From an uncultured candidate division Zixibacteria bacterium (GTDB lineage: Bacteria > Zixibacteria > MSB-5A5 > UBA10806 > 4484-95): 64,000 bases of DNA. Below the pieces are notes generated by a model. That model worked only from the letters and a program-made list of their open reading frames with translations, made no database searches and had not been told where the DNA came from. Numbering within the stretch: the stretch's first letter is position 1; each line of letters begins with the position of its first letter. Below are positions 1-10,957 of the stretch, piece after piece. The stretch covers positions 128,001 to 192,000 of the forward strand of contig CAXXKA010000010.1 of the NCBI GenBank assembly GCA_963668625.2, in the 5' to 3' direction. The position numbers and the translations under genes were made by a program.

Positions 1-499
1 TGACAAGGGTGCCAGAGAAGCCATTGAAATAGCCAGGACATGCAATAAAAAGCTTATATTAGCGGGAATCATTCAGGATGATACCTACTATCACCAGTAC
101 GTCGAATCGTATCTGGACAACGTTAATGTTGTTTATGCCGGTAGCGTAGGGCCTGACAAGCGTAACCAACTTCTGGGCAAGGCAAGCGCTCTTTTGCATC
201 CCATAAATTTCAATGAGCCTTTTGGCCTGTCTGTCATAGAATCCATGGCTTGCGGTACTCCGGTAATTGCTTTTAACAAGGGCAGTATGCCCGAAATTAT
301 AGAAACCGGTAGTAATGGCTTTCTTGTTAATACAACAAGTGAAGCAATAGATGCTGTTGCACATATAAGTGATATTGACCGGGCGAGCTGCCGTCGCCGG
401 GTTGAGCAGCATTTCACCAGCAGTCACATGGTTGAACAATACATTCAGGTTTATGAAAACATTATCGAGAAGAAGATAATAGAGGAGCACAGGAGCTGA
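1..499 (+). CDS. Glycosyltransferase family 4, C-terminal part (5'-truncated by window)
   Basis: Frame is open from base 2 (DKGAREAIEIA...) into ORF 194..499; GT4 motif EPFGLSVIESMACGTPVI. Confidence 0.9.
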   Translation, partial: DKGAREAIEIARTCNKKLILAGIIQDDTYYHQYVESYLDNVNVVYAGSVGPDKRNQLLGKASALLHPINFNEPFGLSVIESMACGTPVIAFNKGSMPEIIETGSNGFLVNTTSEAIDAVAHISDIDRASCRRRVEQHFTSSHMVEQYIQVYENIIEKKIIEEHRS

Positions 500-501
500 C
501 T

Positions 502-1443
502 ATGGCAATTAAAGATTCTATCGTAAAACGCTATAATAAAAATCCGATTCTCACCAAAGATGATGTTCCTTACCCGGTAGCCACGGTTCATAATGCCGGT
601 ATCGTCAAACATAACGACCGCTACATTATGCTATTCAGATCACACCAGTATAACGGACGCTCCATCATCGGCAGAGCTGATAGCGAGGATGGTTTCTCCT
701 TTAAGGTTCACCCCAAACCTTTTCTCACACCCGCAACGGATCATATATTTGCGGAATATGAGGAGTTCGGAATCGAGGACCTAAGGATCTGTCCGGTAGA
801 GGACGACTATCTGCTTACCTATAGCGCGTATTCACGTCACGGCGTCCGGATTGCTCTTGCGCGCACCGGGGATTTTGAAAAAGTTGAACGAGTTGCGTTA
901 ATAACCCAGTCCGACCTTCGCAATGTCGTTATTTTTCCAGAAAAGTTTGATGGCCGCTATGCGCGTCTTGACCGGCCGCATTCCGAAATTTCGCCCTGGT
1001 CTATCTGGATTTCCTATTCTCCCGATCTGGTTCACTGGGGCGATTCGCGGGTGATTATGAAACCGGTTCCTTATCACTGGGATGAAATGAAAATCGGGCC
1101 GGGCGCACCGCCTTTCAAAACTGATAAGGGCTGGCTGCATATTTATCATGGAGTATTTAAAACTATGGCCGGTTCGGTGTACCGTCTTGGAGTGGCTCTG
1201 CATGACCTTAACGATCCTGCGAAAATCATCGGTGTTTCCGATCAGTGGATATTACAGCCTGAAGACCTCTGGGAAGTGAGCGGCTATGTGCCCAATGTTG
1301 TTTTTACATGTGGGGTTGTTCCTGAAGCCGACGGTACAGTGAAAATATACTGGGGCGGCGCTGATACGGTCATGTGTGCCGGTACGGCAACGATTGATGA
1401 TTTTGTACAGCTATGTCTTACAAATACAAGGTCAGCACTATAA
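502..1443 (+). CDS. GH130-family glycoside hydrolase/mannoside phosphorylase
   Basis: NPIL, HNAG, GIEDLRI, KIGPGAPP and GYVPNVVFTCG motifs. Confidence 0.9.
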   Translation: MAIKDSIVKRYNKNPILTKDDVPYPVATVHNAGIVKHNDRYIMLFRSHQYNGRSIIGRADSEDGFSFKVHPKPFLTPATDHIFAEYEEFGIEDLRICPVEDDYLLTYSAYSRHGVRIALARTGDFEKVERVALITQSDLRNVVIFPEKFDGRYARLDRPHSEISPWSIWISYSPDLVHWGDSRVIMKPVPYHWDEMKIGPGAPPFKTDKGWLHIYHGVFKTMAGSVYRLGVALHDLNDPAKIIGVSDQWILQPEDLWEVSGYVPNVVFTCGVVPEADGTVKIYWGGADTVMCAGTATIDDFVQLCLTNTRSAL

Positions 1444-1512
1444 TAAAGTAAATGGACATCTCTAAATTGGATTATTTATCAAGGAACCCCGGATGATGAC
1501 CGAGACAGTACT

Positions 1513-2976
1513 ATGCATCTAAAAATCAAACGTAAGAAGAAAAAAATCCTGGGTGATTCCTCACGCGTCATTACCAGGCTTCATATGCCCGACAGCGCAC
1601 ATCGTATACTTAAAATCATTCAACGCATAGTTGACTTGCCTGACACGACGGCTGAAAATCTGCTTGAACAAATAATGCTTGATTTTTCCGAACGGCACAG
1701 AGACATCAAACGCGTTTTTAGGCATCACCTGAATAAGTTAAAGGATTATATTCCCCCAAATGCCGAGATCAGCGAAACTAAAAGAGCTCTTATCGGAGCC
1801 TATTTTACCATGGAGTACTCCATTGAATCGGCCGCTCTTTTTAACCCTTCCATCGTTCCGCACCCCGATCAGAGCCAACTTGACAAGGGCAACATGCGCT
1901 TTATCATGAGCCTCAGGGCAACCGGCGAAGGTCATGTATCTTCTATTGTATTTCGTAGCGGCCGTCTTGACCGGGATAATACGATTCTCTTTGACCCTAT
2001 CAGCGATTATGTTGAAACACCGGATCTTCGATTAGATTCGGTTTACGACCGGCATCTATTCCGGCTAAAGATTGACGAAATGGAGGCCTGCAACGAGATA
2101 ACAGCTTATATACTCGGCCGTCTGCCGGAAACCTTCACCTATAATGAATTAAGGAAACAGATTGGGGACCTTATCTTACAGCCTGTTTTCTCCGAGGCGC
2201 GCCAGAATGAGACATTCGAGGTCATGTTCTGGCTTATTAATTCCAACTATGAGGTGAGTTTTCGATCCGATCACCGAATTTCCGAACGAGTTATCTTTCC
2301 GGTTTCGAAAAACGAAAGCCGAGGCATTGAAGACGCCCGATTCGTGCAATTCACTGATGATAACGGTGAGGTTACCTATTACGCGACCTATACGGCTTAT
2401 AATGGTTACAATATCCTTCCACAGCTAATTGAGACAAAGGATTTTATCAAATTTAACATATTAACTCTAAACGGCAAGGCTGCACAGGACAAGGGTATGG
2501 CTCTTTTTCCGCGTAAGATTGATGATCGTTACGTTATGCTCTCTCGCCAGGATGGTGAAAATAATCACATCATGTTTTCAGATAATATCCATTTCTGGCA
2601 AGAGTCCAAAATTATACAGGAACCGACATTTCCCTGGGAATTTATTCAAATCGGCAACTGTGGTTCGCCCCTGGAAACCGATGATGGATGGATTGTACTT
2701 ACTCACGGTGTCGGGCCTATGCGCGAGTATTGCATTGGTGCCATGCTACTTGACCTGGAAAACCCGGTAAAAATGATCGCACGCTTGGAAGAACCGTTAC
2801 TTGCACCGCGTGAGGAAGAGCGCGAGGGGTATGTTCCTAATGTTGTTTATACCTGCGGCGCTATTATACATAATAATGAGTTGGTCATTCCCTATGCCAT
2901 GTCTGATAACATGTCCGGCATAGCGACCGTTAAAGTAAGTGATTTAATCAATTGTATGCATACGATTAGGGAGTGA
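1513..2976 (+). CDS. GH130-family glycosidase (long form)
   Basis: LFNPSIVPHPDQ, GIEDARF, IGNCGSP and GYVPNVVYTCG motifs. Confidence 0.85.
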   Translation: MHLKIKRKKKKILGDSSRVITRLHMPDSAHRILKIIQRIVDLPDTTAENLLEQIMLDFSERHRDIKRVFRHHLNKLKDYIPPNAEISETKRALIGAYFTMEYSIESAALFNPSIVPHPDQSQLDKGNMRFIMSLRATGEGHVSSIVFRSGRLDRDNTILFDPISDYVETPDLRLDSVYDRHLFRLKIDEMEACNEITAYILGRLPETFTYNELRKQIGDLILQPVFSEARQNETFEVMFWLINSNYEVSFRSDHRISERVIFPVSKNESRGIEDARFVQFTDDNGEVTYYATYTAYNGYNILPQLIETKDFIKFNILTLNGKAAQDKGMALFPRKIDDRYVMLSRQDGENNHIMFSDNIHFWQESKIIQEPTFPWEFIQIGNCGSPLETDDGWIVLTHGVGPMREYCIGAMLLDLENPVKMIARLEEPLLAPREEEREGYVPNVVYTCGAIIHNNELVIPYAMSDNMSGIATVKVSDLINCMHTIRE

Positions 2977-3435
2977 GTCCTTACATCACAATACGAATGT
3001 AGGGTTCGATCCGCTGACCTTCAATAGAAATTTAATATATGGATTTTGAAATGCTGCTATAAAAATGGGATAAAATTCTCTCGCAATTACCGTCTGCCCC
3101 AGTTCTCAAGGCAATATAAAATGATATAAATATTCAAACATTGCCTGATATTGCAACTTCTATACAATAGTTTGCTATCAATCATGTAATATTCTATAGC
3201 GTTTTAAGACAGTGCTTAAATATCTGACCTTCGGGTTCGGGGAGGCACTAAAACGCGCGGTTACCTGATTTAAGAAAATCATAAATTTTAATTCGTTGTT
3301 TATCAATGAATTGGATTTTACTAGCCATCAAAGAAAACTATGTGTTTAGAATTAGCTGTTAGAAAATCCGGTATCCGAAGGTAATCCCGTCAAAAAAGAA
3401 ACTCCCGAAATTTATAAACCTCAGGAGTTTAGTAT

Positions 3436-3512
<77 letters not shown>

Positions 3513-3798
3513 TCGTGTTTTAAGTTGTCAACAATGTAGTGCGAAATCGTCAGCCGGTAATTTACCTCGATAAACTAACGTTTCGCCCAACGTTGCAAAA
3601 CTCCAATATATAGAGCTTTTATTGATTGTCAAGACCTAACTGGATTTATATAATATTATTTACCTTATGTCTACTATTGCGGACATATCACAAACCATAC
3701 GTTTCTAGAATTGCGAAAAAGCTTGTCTAATGAATACTTTTTGATTTAAAATACACCAAGTTCGTTACTATCCACAATGCGAATAGTGAGATAAACCC

Positions 3799-5106
3799 AT
3801 GAAAAAGTTTTTTGCATTCGATAAACTCGGTACTAATTATCATTGCGAGACACTTGGCGGTATAACCACTTTTTTCGCTATGGCCTATATTGTCATAGTC
3901 AATCCCGCTATCCTTGAAAACGCCGGTATCCCACGCGAGGCCTCTATAACCGCAACTATTATTGCAGCTATTGTCGGTACTTTATTGATGGCTTTCTATG
4001 CCAGGCGGCCGTTCGCTATCGCGCCATACATGGGCGAGAATGCTTTTATTGCGTTTACCGTATGCCTGGGGATGGGCTATCCATGGGAAAAAGCTCTGGG
4101 CGCGGTGTTTATCGGCGGTGTCGTATTCGTTATAATAACAGCGCTCAAAATTCGATCCTGGATTGCCAGGGCTATACCTGTATGCCTCAAACGAAGTTTC
4201 GCGGTTGGTATCGGTTTTTTTATCATGTTTATTGGTTTCAACGAAACCGGCCTGATACGTCTCGGTATTGAGGGCGCTCCTGTCAAAATAGGACTTCTAT
4301 CCTCGACCGGCCCGATTCTAGCCATAGTATGCGTCGTGCTCATATGCATACTCATGATATTGAAAACGCCCGGTGCGATTCTTATCGGTATTATAGCTAC
4401 TACGATACTGGCTTATATTTTCGGCGCCGCCGAATTGCCCTCGCAATTATTTTCAATGCCTCCCTCGCTTAAGCCGATATTGTTCAAACTCGATATCAAA
4501 GGCGCGTTGAGTATTGATTTCTGGTCGGTTATCGTGGTTGTTTTCATACTCGATTTCGTCGATACGATGGGCACGTTAATTGGCGTCTCGGCCAGGGCAA
4601 ACCTTCTGGATGACGAATACAATCTGCCTGATATCGAGAAACCCATGATGGCTGATGCTATCGCTACCGTGGTCGGATCGCTGGTCGGAACCTCTACTAC
4701 CGGTACCTATATAGAGTCCTCAGCCGGCATCGAGGCCGGCGCTAAAACCGGATTTGCCTCGCTCGTAACCGCGATAATGTTCGTACTTTGCCTGTTTATC
4801 GCGCCGGTGTTGGTTTCCGTACCGCCGGCGGCATATGGCTCGGCATTAATAGTTGTTGGTTTTTTAATGCTTTCGCCAATCAAAGAAATTCATTTCAACG
4901 ATTACTCGGAGCTGTTTCCCTCTGTGGTAACTATCGCGTTGATGAGTTTCACGTACAATATCGGTCTCGGGATGGCTGCCGGATTTTTCTTATATCCGAT
5001 ACTGAAAGTGATATCAGGGAAAAGCCGCGAACTATCGGCCGGGGTATGGCTAATGTTCATTATTTCCATAATGCTATTCGTATTCTATCCCTATGACAAG
5101 TTGTAA
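3799..5106 (+). CDS. NCS2/AzgA-family purine permease
   Basis: TTFFAMAYIVIVNP, APYMGENAF, DFVDTMGT and YIESSAG motifs; multi-TM. Confidence 0.92.
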   Translation: MKKFFAFDKLGTNYHCETLGGITTFFAMAYIVIVNPAILENAGIPREASITATIIAAIVGTLLMAFYARRPFAIAPYMGENAFIAFTVCLGMGYPWEKALGAVFIGGVVFVIITALKIRSWIARAIPVCLKRSFAVGIGFFIMFIGFNETGLIRLGIEGAPVKIGLLSSTGPILAIVCVVLICILMILKTPGAILIGIIATTILAYIFGAAELPSQLFSMPPSLKPILFKLDIKGALSIDFWSVIVVVFILDFVDTMGTLIGVSARANLLDDEYNLPDIEKPMMADAIATVVGSLVGTSTTGTYIESSAGIEAGAKTGFASLVTAIMFVLCLFIAPVLVSVPPAAYGSALIVVGFLMLSPIKEIHFNDYSELFPSVVTIALMSFTYNIGLGMAAGFFLYPILKVISGKSRELSAGVWLMFIISIMLFVFYPYDKL

Positions 5107-5315
5107 GCCATGCAAAGTTTATCTCCCGCCTTTGGCAATAAACGAGCATCGTACATAACTCTACCCAATATTATATTATAGCAATATAATAATCAACTAT
5201 TTAGACCTATTTCAATAATAAGCTTGATTTACCGGACCTGTTTCGTTTAATTATTGATTCATGGGGTGAATTTCAGCAGGTTCGTGTAACTCTTTAATTA
5301 TTCGCATCATAGGCT

Positions 5316-6248
5316 ATGACAAAACTGAAAGAAAGAATAAAAGAGAAAGCCAAATCCCTGGGCTTCGATCTGGTTGGTATCGCCCCGGCCGAGTACAGCC
5401 CAATGAGCCATGATAAGTTAATTCGATGGTTGGAGTTGGGCTATAATGCCGACATGGAGTACCTGGCCCGTGCGCCCAGAAAACGTCATGATCCGCGGCT
5501 TTTTTACCGGGATGCCAAATCTATTGTTGTGGTTGGAGCTAATTACTATAAAAAGCCTGACTATAATGACAATCAGCCATATATCTCTATCTATGCCCGG
5601 GGTAAAACATACCAGACCGTAATAAGGCAGAGGTTGGAGAAACTGCTGGATTTCGTGAAACAAATCGAATTAACCGCAGATGGCAAGATCGCCGTCGATA
5701 CCTCGCCGACAGCCGATAAGCTCTGGGCTGTTAATGCCGGTATCGGCTGGCGGGGCAAGAATACTCTGGTGGTCAATAAGAAAGTGGGCAGTTTTATTTT
5801 TCTGGGTGAGCTATTCCTCAATCTCGAACTCCAACCTGATACGCCTGAGGCAGACCATTGTGCTAAATGTGAGGCATGTGTCGAATCGTGTCCAACGGGA
5901 GCGCTGGAGCAACCGTATAACCTGAATGCGAGTAAATGTATCTCCTACCTGACAACCGAATGCAAAAGCGATATTGCCAACCCGGAAATGATAGGCAACA
6001 ATCTGTTTGGTTGCGATATTTGCCAGCTCGCTTGCCCGTTCAATAATAAGGCTATAGAAACGAATTCACCGGATTTCGTGACACAATATTCCCAATCTCC
6101 CGATATCGATCATCTGAAAAAACTAACCGAGATAATTTTTAAAAGTAGATATCAGGGAACTACTATAGCAGAATATGGTTATAAGATAGTATACAGGAAT
6201 GCCAATATTGTTCTCAGTAATTTAAAGGCAACACATAATAGGTCTTAA
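5316..6248 (+). CDS. queG: Epoxyqueuosine reductase
   Basis: LGFDLVGI, GIGWRGKN, CxxCxxCxxxCP, CISYLT and GCDICQLACPFN. Confidence 0.92.
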   Translation: MTKLKERIKEKAKSLGFDLVGIAPAEYSPMSHDKLIRWLELGYNADMEYLARAPRKRHDPRLFYRDAKSIVVVGANYYKKPDYNDNQPYISIYARGKTYQTVIRQRLEKLLDFVKQIELTADGKIAVDTSPTADKLWAVNAGIGWRGKNTLVVNKKVGSFIFLGELFLNLELQPDTPEADHCAKCEACVESCPTGALEQPYNLNASKCISYLTTECKSDIANPEMIGNNLFGCDICQLACPFNNKAIETNSPDFVTQYSQSPDIDHLKKLTEIIFKSRYQGTTIAEYGYKIVYRNANIVLSNLKATHNRS

Positions 6249-6322
6249 TTTCTGAAAATACTTGACAAGACTGAATACTTTATTTAATAGATTAACAGCT
6301 AAGTTAATACCAAAAGAAAGAG

Positions 6323-6775
6323 GTGGGTATGCAGATTTCCAGAAAAGCTGATTATGCTATTCGCGCGCTAATCTACGTGGCTGCAATTAACGGGCGAAGG
6401 ACGTGCAGTATCAACGAGATAGCCGAAAACGAGAAAATTCCGCGTGAATACCTGGCCAAAATCCTGAAAGAACTCACGCAGAAAAGCTTTTTAATCAGCT
6501 ATAAGGGTGTCAATGGTGGCTACAAGATTGCCAAACCACGTGAGGAAATATCCTTCTTAGATATTCTTGAGGCTACTCAGGGACCGTTCGTGCTCAGCTC
6601 GTGCAATCAGGACTATCATGACGAACCCGGCTGTAAAGGCAAAGAAGATTGCGCCTCATTCGCATTCTGGGATGGCCTTCACGGCAAGCTCAAAAGTATC
6701 ATGGCCGATATGAATCTGGGCAAGATCGATTATAGTAAATATTATAATTTTGATCAGGAGAAAGCTCAGGCTTAG
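6323..6775 (+). CDS. Rrf2-family transcriptional regulator (three C-terminal Cys)
   Basis: ADYAIRAL, YLAKIL and KGVNGGY winged-helix motifs. Confidence 0.9.
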   Translation: MGMQISRKADYAIRALIYVAAINGRRTCSINEIAENEKIPREYLAKILKELTQKSFLISYKGVNGGYKIAKPREEISFLDILEATQGPFVLSSCNQDYHDEPGCKGKEDCASFAFWDGLHGKLKSIMADMNLGKIDYSKYYNFDQEKAQA

Positions 6776-6863
6776 TTCTCGGATTGATTTCGCTCGTTTC
6801 CCGGTGTGAATACACGCTTTGTTCGGGCGATAAAGCCAATTCTTGTGTGGTAGAAAATATTAT

Positions 6864-7868
6864 ATGAGTACACCGAAAGCCGTAGCGCTTTATTCGGGCG
6901 GCCTCGATTCCACCCTGGCCATTATCGTGATGGCGAAACATGGGGTGAAAATCGAGGCCTTACATTTCTATACCGATTTAATACCCGAAAAATATCTTTC
7001 GGATTTCAGTGTGCGCCTGGAAGCCGATGCCGCGAAATTCGGCTTTAGCCATCACAGTATCCATCTGGGGGACAAATTCTACGATATTATCAAAAATCCC
7101 AAACACGGCTATGGTAAAAATCTAAATCCCTGTATCGATTGTAAAATCCTGATGATACGCGAGGCGGGTCGGTACATGCGCGAAACCGGCGCCGATTTCG
7201 TTATCTCCGGCGAGGTGGTCGGCCAGCGGCCCATGTCGCAGATGCGTCAGACTATTTACATGATTGAAAACCGCGCCGGGATGGAGAACCTGGTCGTTCG
7301 GCCGCTTTCCGGCAGAATACTGGAACCGACTATCCCGGAGGAGAACGGTTTAATCGAGCGTGAGTGGATGCTGGATATTAACGGTCGTTCCCGAAAGACT
7401 CAATTCGAGATGGCGGCAGAGTATGGCCTGGAGGATTACGAGTCGCCTGCCGGGGGATGTCTTCTGACCGACTGCAATTACGCTGTCAGGCTCGAAGACT
7501 TAATGGCGCACAATATCCCGATGACATCCGGCGAAATGTTCTTGCTTCGCCTTGGACGGCATTTCCGTTTATCGTATACGACCAAGCTTGTGGTAGGACG
7601 GGATGAGCCGGATAACGATGCTATCGAGGAGCTGATACGACCGGAGGACTATGTGATTGAGGTTAAAGATGCCGGTTCCCCTATAGCAATCCTTCGCGGA
7701 AAACCGACCGAAAGCGAGATAGAGCTGGCGGCCGCGATAGTGGCGGGTTACAGTTCTGTCAGAAAAGATACTACCGTGACTGTCGATATCGATCGGGGAA
7801 ATACCGGTCATAAGGTAGAGGTAGTGCCGGTTGGCCAGGATATCCGGAGCAGGTATATTATCCAGTAA
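6864..7868 (+). CDS. PP-loop tRNA sulfurtransferase (ThiI/MnmA-like, DUF814-type C-terminus)
   Basis: SGGLDS PP-loop, NPCIDCK, GEVVGQRPMSQ, PAGGCLLTD, GRHFRL; ATG at 6864 preferred over the track start. Confidence 0.8.
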   Translation: MSTPKAVALYSGGLDSTLAIIVMAKHGVKIEALHFYTDLIPEKYLSDFSVRLEADAAKFGFSHHSIHLGDKFYDIIKNPKHGYGKNLNPCIDCKILMIREAGRYMRETGADFVISGEVVGQRPMSQMRQTIYMIENRAGMENLVVRPLSGRILEPTIPEENGLIEREWMLDINGRSRKTQFEMAAEYGLEDYESPAGGCLLTDCNYAVRLEDLMAHNIPMTSGEMFLLRLGRHFRLSYTTKLVVGRDEPDNDAIEELIRPEDYVIEVKDAGSPIAILRGKPTESEIELAAAIVAGYSSVRKDTTVTVDIDRGNTGHKVEVVPVGQDIRSRYIIQ

Positions 7869-7971
7869 GTTTTTAGATTTACGAGTTTTTCTCTAGCATC
7901 CTTTTCTAACATATAAATTTATAATATAGCGTTGATGACGATATATTTGACTTGAACTAATTATCCGCAAT

Positions 7972-8196
7972 ATGATCATATCGATACTAACGACTGATGT
8001 AGCCGGTAATTCTATGATAATAGCTATATTCGACAGTTCTGGCAATAACCTCTCCGAAAGCGGCAGCGCACCGGGTGACCAGATTACCTAAACCGGCCGC
8101 GAGTTTGGTTATTACTACTACCGCGCCGGATACTACGACTTGATAATCGGCAGATTCACCGCTGCTGAAATAAATTGCAGGATCAGACAATCTTAA
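7972..8196 (+). pseudogene. Degraded fragment resembling a PPC (pre-peptidase C-terminal)-like domain
   Basis: Reads ...IAIFDSSGNNLSESGSAPGDQIT*TGREFGYYYYRAGYYD... with an in-frame TAA at 8089-8091. Confidence 0.35.
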
Positions 8197-8451
8197 AATT
8201 GTGGTTCAAGCCATACCCGAGTGACAATGAGCTAGTCGACTATGTACGATAAGAAATAGTATTTGAAAAATATTAAAACAGTGGCAGTATTAAAACGCAT
8301 ATTATTTCTAAACTAAAAGAATTTTTTTTAAAACAACGGTTTGGCTGTCGGTGATATCGTATGCTCTTAGTCTGTGGGCGTTTATTGGCGTTATAATAAA
8401 TGCTCCCCATAAAACCATGCAGTCCAAAAGAGATTTGGTTTGAAAATAGAT

Positions 8452-8480
8452 TTGCAAATTCTAAAAAACTAAAATATAAT
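8452..8480 (+). promoter_or_regulatory. sigma70 promoter for the riboswitch-nrdDG unit
   Basis: TTGCAA-N17-TATAAT. Confidence 0.65.
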
Positions 8481-8564
8481 TGCCCCGAGCTAAGTAATGA
8501 TGGAAGTTGAAATCGCGGGAGCGCTTAGAGATAAGTTAATATATCATAAATAGTTATAAATCCT

Positions 8565-8740
8565 TTCAGGTTCTAGTATAGATTAATAGGGAATTCCGTG
8601 CGAATCGGAAGCACACCCGGTGCTGTGATGGGGAACGAAAGATAATAAGTCCGTATTCGGATGAAAAGCCACTGTTCCGGTTTAACGGTATGGGAAGGCT
8701 TATCGAGTAGAATGATCCCAGAGCCAGAAGACCTGCCGAA
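8565..8740 (+). ncRNA. Cobalamin (AdoCbl) riboswitch
   Basis: AGGT...ATAGGGAA-TTCCGTGCGAATCGGAA, CTGTGA, GCCACTG, GGGAAGG and B12 box AGCCAGAAGACCTGCC, upstream of a B12-independent RNR. Confidence 0.93.
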
Positions 8741-8807
8741 GGGAATATAGTCATTTTACATGCGGTGATCTGATAAAATGAATCGAGTGCCAAGTAAAAC
8801 GGGTGCA

Positions 8808-8840
8808 GCCTCGTTCATAAAAAGCGAGGTATTTTTTTTT
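8808..8840 (+). terminator. Riboswitch expression-platform terminator
   Basis: GCCTCGTT/AGCGAGGT stem followed by a T9 run before the nrdD start. Confidence 0.75.
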
Positions 8841-8857
8841 CAAAAAGGTAGATAGAA

Positions 8858-10957
8858 ATGAGTGTAACTGTTCAATCAATAGAAAAAATAGCTAAAAGAA
8901 ACGGACAGGTGGTACGTTTTAATCCACGAAAAATAACCGGCGCGATCCTTAAAGCCGGCCAATCCACCGGCGAATTCGGCGATGAAATGGCCAAACGATT
9001 GACTATCAAAGTGCTGGTTTGTCTGGAGGAGATCACAACCGACGTGCCGATCGATGTTGAGGATATCCAGGATGTGGTAGAGACGGTGTTGCTGGAATCG
9101 CCGTTTAAAAAAACAGCGCGGGCATATATAATCTATCGTGATCAACGTGCCAGGTTGAGGGATATATCCTCTCGGTTCAATGTGCAGTTGATCGATCGGT
9201 ACTTGAATAAATCCGATTGGAAAGTTAATGAAAACAGTAATATGTCGTATTCTCTTCAGGGCTTAAATAATTACATATCATCCGAGATATCGAAAACTTA
9301 CTGGTTGAATCAGATATATCCGGAAAAAATAAAAAAAGCTCATATTGATGCGGATCTGCATATTCATGATTTGGGCATACTGAGTGTTTACTGTGTAGGC
9401 TGGGATCTTCAAGACCTGTTGCTGAGTGGATTCCGAGGAGTCAGCGGAAAAATCGAATCACATCCCGCCAAGCATTTCAGGAGTGCACTGGGGCAGATAG
9501 TAAATTTCTTCTATACTCTTCAGGGAGAGGCCGCCGGAGCTCAGGCATTTTCGAATTTCGACACGCTATTAGCTCCGTTCATTCATTACGATAACCTGGG
9601 TTACGATGAGGTTAAACAGGCGCTGCAGGAATTTTTATTCAATATCAACGTGCCCACACGGGTTGGATTCCAAACCCCGTTCACCAATGTCACGTTCGAT
9701 CTTCGCGTACCCAATATCTATAAAGATCAAAATGTTATTATAGGAGGCCGGGCACAAGATCGCACCTATGGTTGTTTCCAAAAAGAGATGGATATATTTA
9801 ATCACGCGCTCTGGTCAGTTATGCTGGAGGGGGATGCCCGTGGTAGAGTTTTTACATTTCCTATCCCAACTTATAATATAACGAAGGATTTCGATTGGAA
9901 TAATGCTAATATGAGTTTACTCTGGCAGATAACCGCTAAATATGGAATCCCCTATTTTGCCAATTTCGTGAACTCTGATATGGACCCCGATGATGCCAGA
10001 AGCATGTGCTGCCGCCTGCGCATCGATAACCGCGAGCTAAGAAGACGTAATGGTGGTCTGTTCGGCGCGGCGCCGCTGACAGGTTCTATTGGCGTCGTGA
10101 CTATCAATTTACCGCGTATCGCATATAAGGCGAAATCGGAGGATGAATTTTTCGCGGAACTGAAAATCATAATGGAGCTGGCCGAGCAGAGTCTCGAAAT
10201 AAAAAGAAAACTACTGGAACGGCTGACTGAAAATAATTTGTATCCGTACACGACCTATTATTTGCGTCAGATAAAACAACGGTTCGGTAAATATTGGAAA
10301 AACCACTTCTCGACTATCGGCGTGATAGGTATCAACGAGGCATGTCTTAATCTGCATAACCTGGATATCGGTTCCGACCGCGGAAACCGGTTCGGTAATG
10401 ATATCCTGGATTACATGAAAAACGAGCTATTGGCCATACAGCAGCGGACGGGTAACAATTACAATCTCGAGGCTACCCCGGCCGAGGGTGTTACCTATCG
10501 ATTCGCCAGGGCCGACAAAAATAAATTCCCTGATATCCAAACGGCCAACTCTACAAATTGCCCCGATGATGCGTTTTATACGAATTCATCTCACCTGCCG
10601 ATCAACTACACCGATGATGTGTTCGAACTGCTCGACTTGCAGGATGACCTTCAGACAAAATACACCGGCGGTACGGTCGTACATCTATATCTCGGCGAGC
10701 AAGTAGATGATGCGCAGGTAGTTAAAAAGCTAATTCGAACTGTCTGTTCCCGGTATCGAATGCCGTACTTTTCGATTACGCCTACATTCAGTGTTTGCCC
10801 CAACTGCGGCTATCTTAACGGTGAAGTAGAGCTATGCCCAAAATGTTCGAGTATCTGTGAAATCTATTCGCGGGTTGTCGGATATTTAAGGCCTGTTAAC
10901 CAGTGGAATGAAGGCAAGAAAGCTGAGTTCAGAGAACGAAAGGTGCTGCAGCTTTGA
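8858..10957 (+). CDS. nrdD: Anaerobic (class III) ribonucleoside-triphosphate reductase with ATP-cone
   Basis: ATP cone (KRNG...FNPRKI), HIHDL, SMCCRL, EATPAEG, two CxxC pairs, glycyl-radical YSRVVGYL. Confidence 0.96.
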   Translation: MSVTVQSIEKIAKRNGQVVRFNPRKITGAILKAGQSTGEFGDEMAKRLTIKVLVCLEEITTDVPIDVEDIQDVVETVLLESPFKKTARAYIIYRDQRARLRDISSRFNVQLIDRYLNKSDWKVNENSNMSYSLQGLNNYISSEISKTYWLNQIYPEKIKKAHIDADLHIHDLGILSVYCVGWDLQDLLLSGFRGVSGKIESHPAKHFRSALGQIVNFFYTLQGEAAGAQAFSNFDTLLAPFIHYDNLGYDEVKQALQEFLFNINVPTRVGFQTPFTNVTFDLRVPNIYKDQNVIIGGRAQDRTYGCFQKEMDIFNHALWSVMLEGDARGRVFTFPIPTYNITKDFDWNNANMSLLWQITAKYGIPYFANFVNSDMDPDDARSMCCRLRIDNRELRRRNGGLFGAAPLTGSIGVVTINLPRIAYKAKSEDEFFAELKIIMELAEQSLEIKRKLLERLTENNLYPYTTYYLRQIKQRFGKYWKNHFSTIGVIGINEACLNLHNLDIGSDRGNRFGNDILDYMKNELLAIQQRTGNNYNLEATPAEGVTYRFARADKNKFPDIQTANSTNCPDDAFYTNSSHLPINYTDDVFELLDLQDDLQTKYTGGTVVHLYLGEQVDDAQVVKKLIRTVCSRYRMPYFSITPTFSVCPNCGYLNGEVELCPKCSSICEIYSRVVGYLRPVNQWNEGKKAEFRERKVLQL

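Noticed and set aside
3640-3798. Purine riboswitch upstream of the NCS2 permease
   Set aside because: Isolated TATAAT and TTTCTA words are present, but there are no P2/P3 stems with kissing loops.
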